Of a DNA stretch of 64,000 nucleotides, positions 63,251 through 64,000 are shown piece by piece. Every line of letters starts with the position of its first letter. Within the stretch, counting starts at the first letter, position 1. The stretch spans positions 1,983,818 through 2,047,817 of the forward strand of contig CAWFNZ010000004.1 of assembly GCA_963817365.1 (NCBI GenBank). Direction: 5' to 3'. Both the position numbers and the translations under genes were made by a program. The stretch comes from an uncultured Alphaproteobacteria bacterium. GTDB lineage: Bacteria; Pseudomonadota; Alphaproteobacteria; Rhizobiales; Rhodomicrobiaceae. The notes under the pieces are model-generated. The model was not told the DNA's origin, did no database searches, and saw only the letters and a list, made by a program, of their open reading frames with translations.

Positions 63251-63934
63251 ATGATTTATGTCGTTTCGGGCCAGGACGCTGGGCGCTACTCAGCGCTCAT
63301 GGAGCAGGTTTACCGGCTGCGGTACCGCGCTTTTGCCGAGGAACTCGGCTGGAAAGTTCTTGCCAATACGGAGGGCCTTGAGCGCGACCAGTTTGAGCGC
63401 CCAGACGCGGTTCACCTAATTTCCGTGCGCTGCGGCAGGGTGGCCGGCTACCAGCGCATGTTGCCAACTGTCGGACCTCATGTGCAGCCCGGCGTTTCTT
63501 CCAAGCAGCTTCCGCGCGGGCTCGATACCTACGAGCTGACGCACTATTGTGTTGCCCCCGCGTGCAGCGAGGGAGGCTGCGTCACCTGCTCGGCCGGCAG
63601 CGAGCTGGTAGCGGGATTTGTCGAATGGGGACTGGCCTGCAAGGTGAGCAAGGTCATCGTCGAGTTCGAAGCCGTCTGGCTGTTGCGCTCCTTGCAGCTG
63701 GGGTTCCAAGCTAAATCGCTGCGTGCTCAAACCCGCACCGGGAATCGGCAGGCCGTTGCAACGCTGCTGGAGTTTGACAAGGCGACGCTGCGGGCGATCC
63801 GCGATTACCGCAAGCACTGGGAGCCCGTGGTCTCTTTTCTGGGCGAGCACGAAAGCAAGCGCCTGACCACCGCCGTCTGGCCACGCGCCATTCTTTCGCT
63901 GGCCCCCGCGCTGCTCAACGCGTTTTGCGGATGA
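63251..63934 (+). CDS. LuxI-family acyl-homoserine-lactone synthase
   Basis: YRLRYRAFAEELGW, ERDQFE, YQRMLPT, YELTHY; follows luxR. Confidence 0.88.
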   Translation: MIYVVSGQDAGRYSALMEQVYRLRYRAFAEELGWKVLANTEGLERDQFERPDAVHLISVRCGRVAGYQRMLPTVGPHVQPGVSSKQLPRGLDTYELTHYCVAPACSEGGCVTCSAGSELVAGFVEWGLACKVSKVIVEFEAVWLLRSLQLGFQAKSLRAQTRTGNRQAVATLLEFDKATLRAIRDYRKHWEPVVSFLGEHESKRLTTAVWPRAILSLAPALLNAFCG

Positions 63935-64000
63935 AGGCGCCGAAGGCCCGCGGGCCATTCCCGGTTTCAACCTTGCCCACGGCCTTCAACGAAACCGCAT

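Overview
GC-rich alphaproteobacterial chromosome segment; the host is inferred to be Hyphomicrobiales from a GPR/RgsE-like polar growth gene. (1) 1-9.2 kb: vapBC, leuB, a ROK kinase, lpdA and manC, plus a palindromic repeat inserted in-frame in a signal peptide. (2) 9.3-20.0 kb: a complete soluble methane monooxygenase cluster, mmoXYBZDC-mmoR-orf-mmoG, with a sigma54 promoter and two candidate upstream activator sites; mmoR carries a +1 frameshift. (3) 20-43.7 kb: a two-partner secretion polymorphic-toxin island. It has ialB, one tpsB, a short tpsA and a ~2470-aa CdiA-like tpsA ending in a zinc-deaminase toxin with a candidate immunity gene. An orphan array follows: a C39-like peptidase, a PD-(D/E)xK nuclease, an EndoU-like tail, candidate immunity genes and a broken DEDD exonuclease. 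The array is punctuated by three copies of a 33-bp recombination-site-like motif, two of which carry a shared ~370-bp leader. (4) 42-50.4 kb: an IS1595-family element and two inverted IS66-family copies around cupin/hypothetical/cysE. (5) 51-64 kb: a V4R protein plus histidine kinase, a frameshifted GPR/RgsE-like gene, ferredoxin and its reductase, a trimeric autotransporter with a second ialB, and a duplicated luxR-luxI' / luxR-luxI quorum-sensing locus. No rRNA, tRNA or CRISPR array was seen. All family assignments come from motif recognition by eye; no searches were run.
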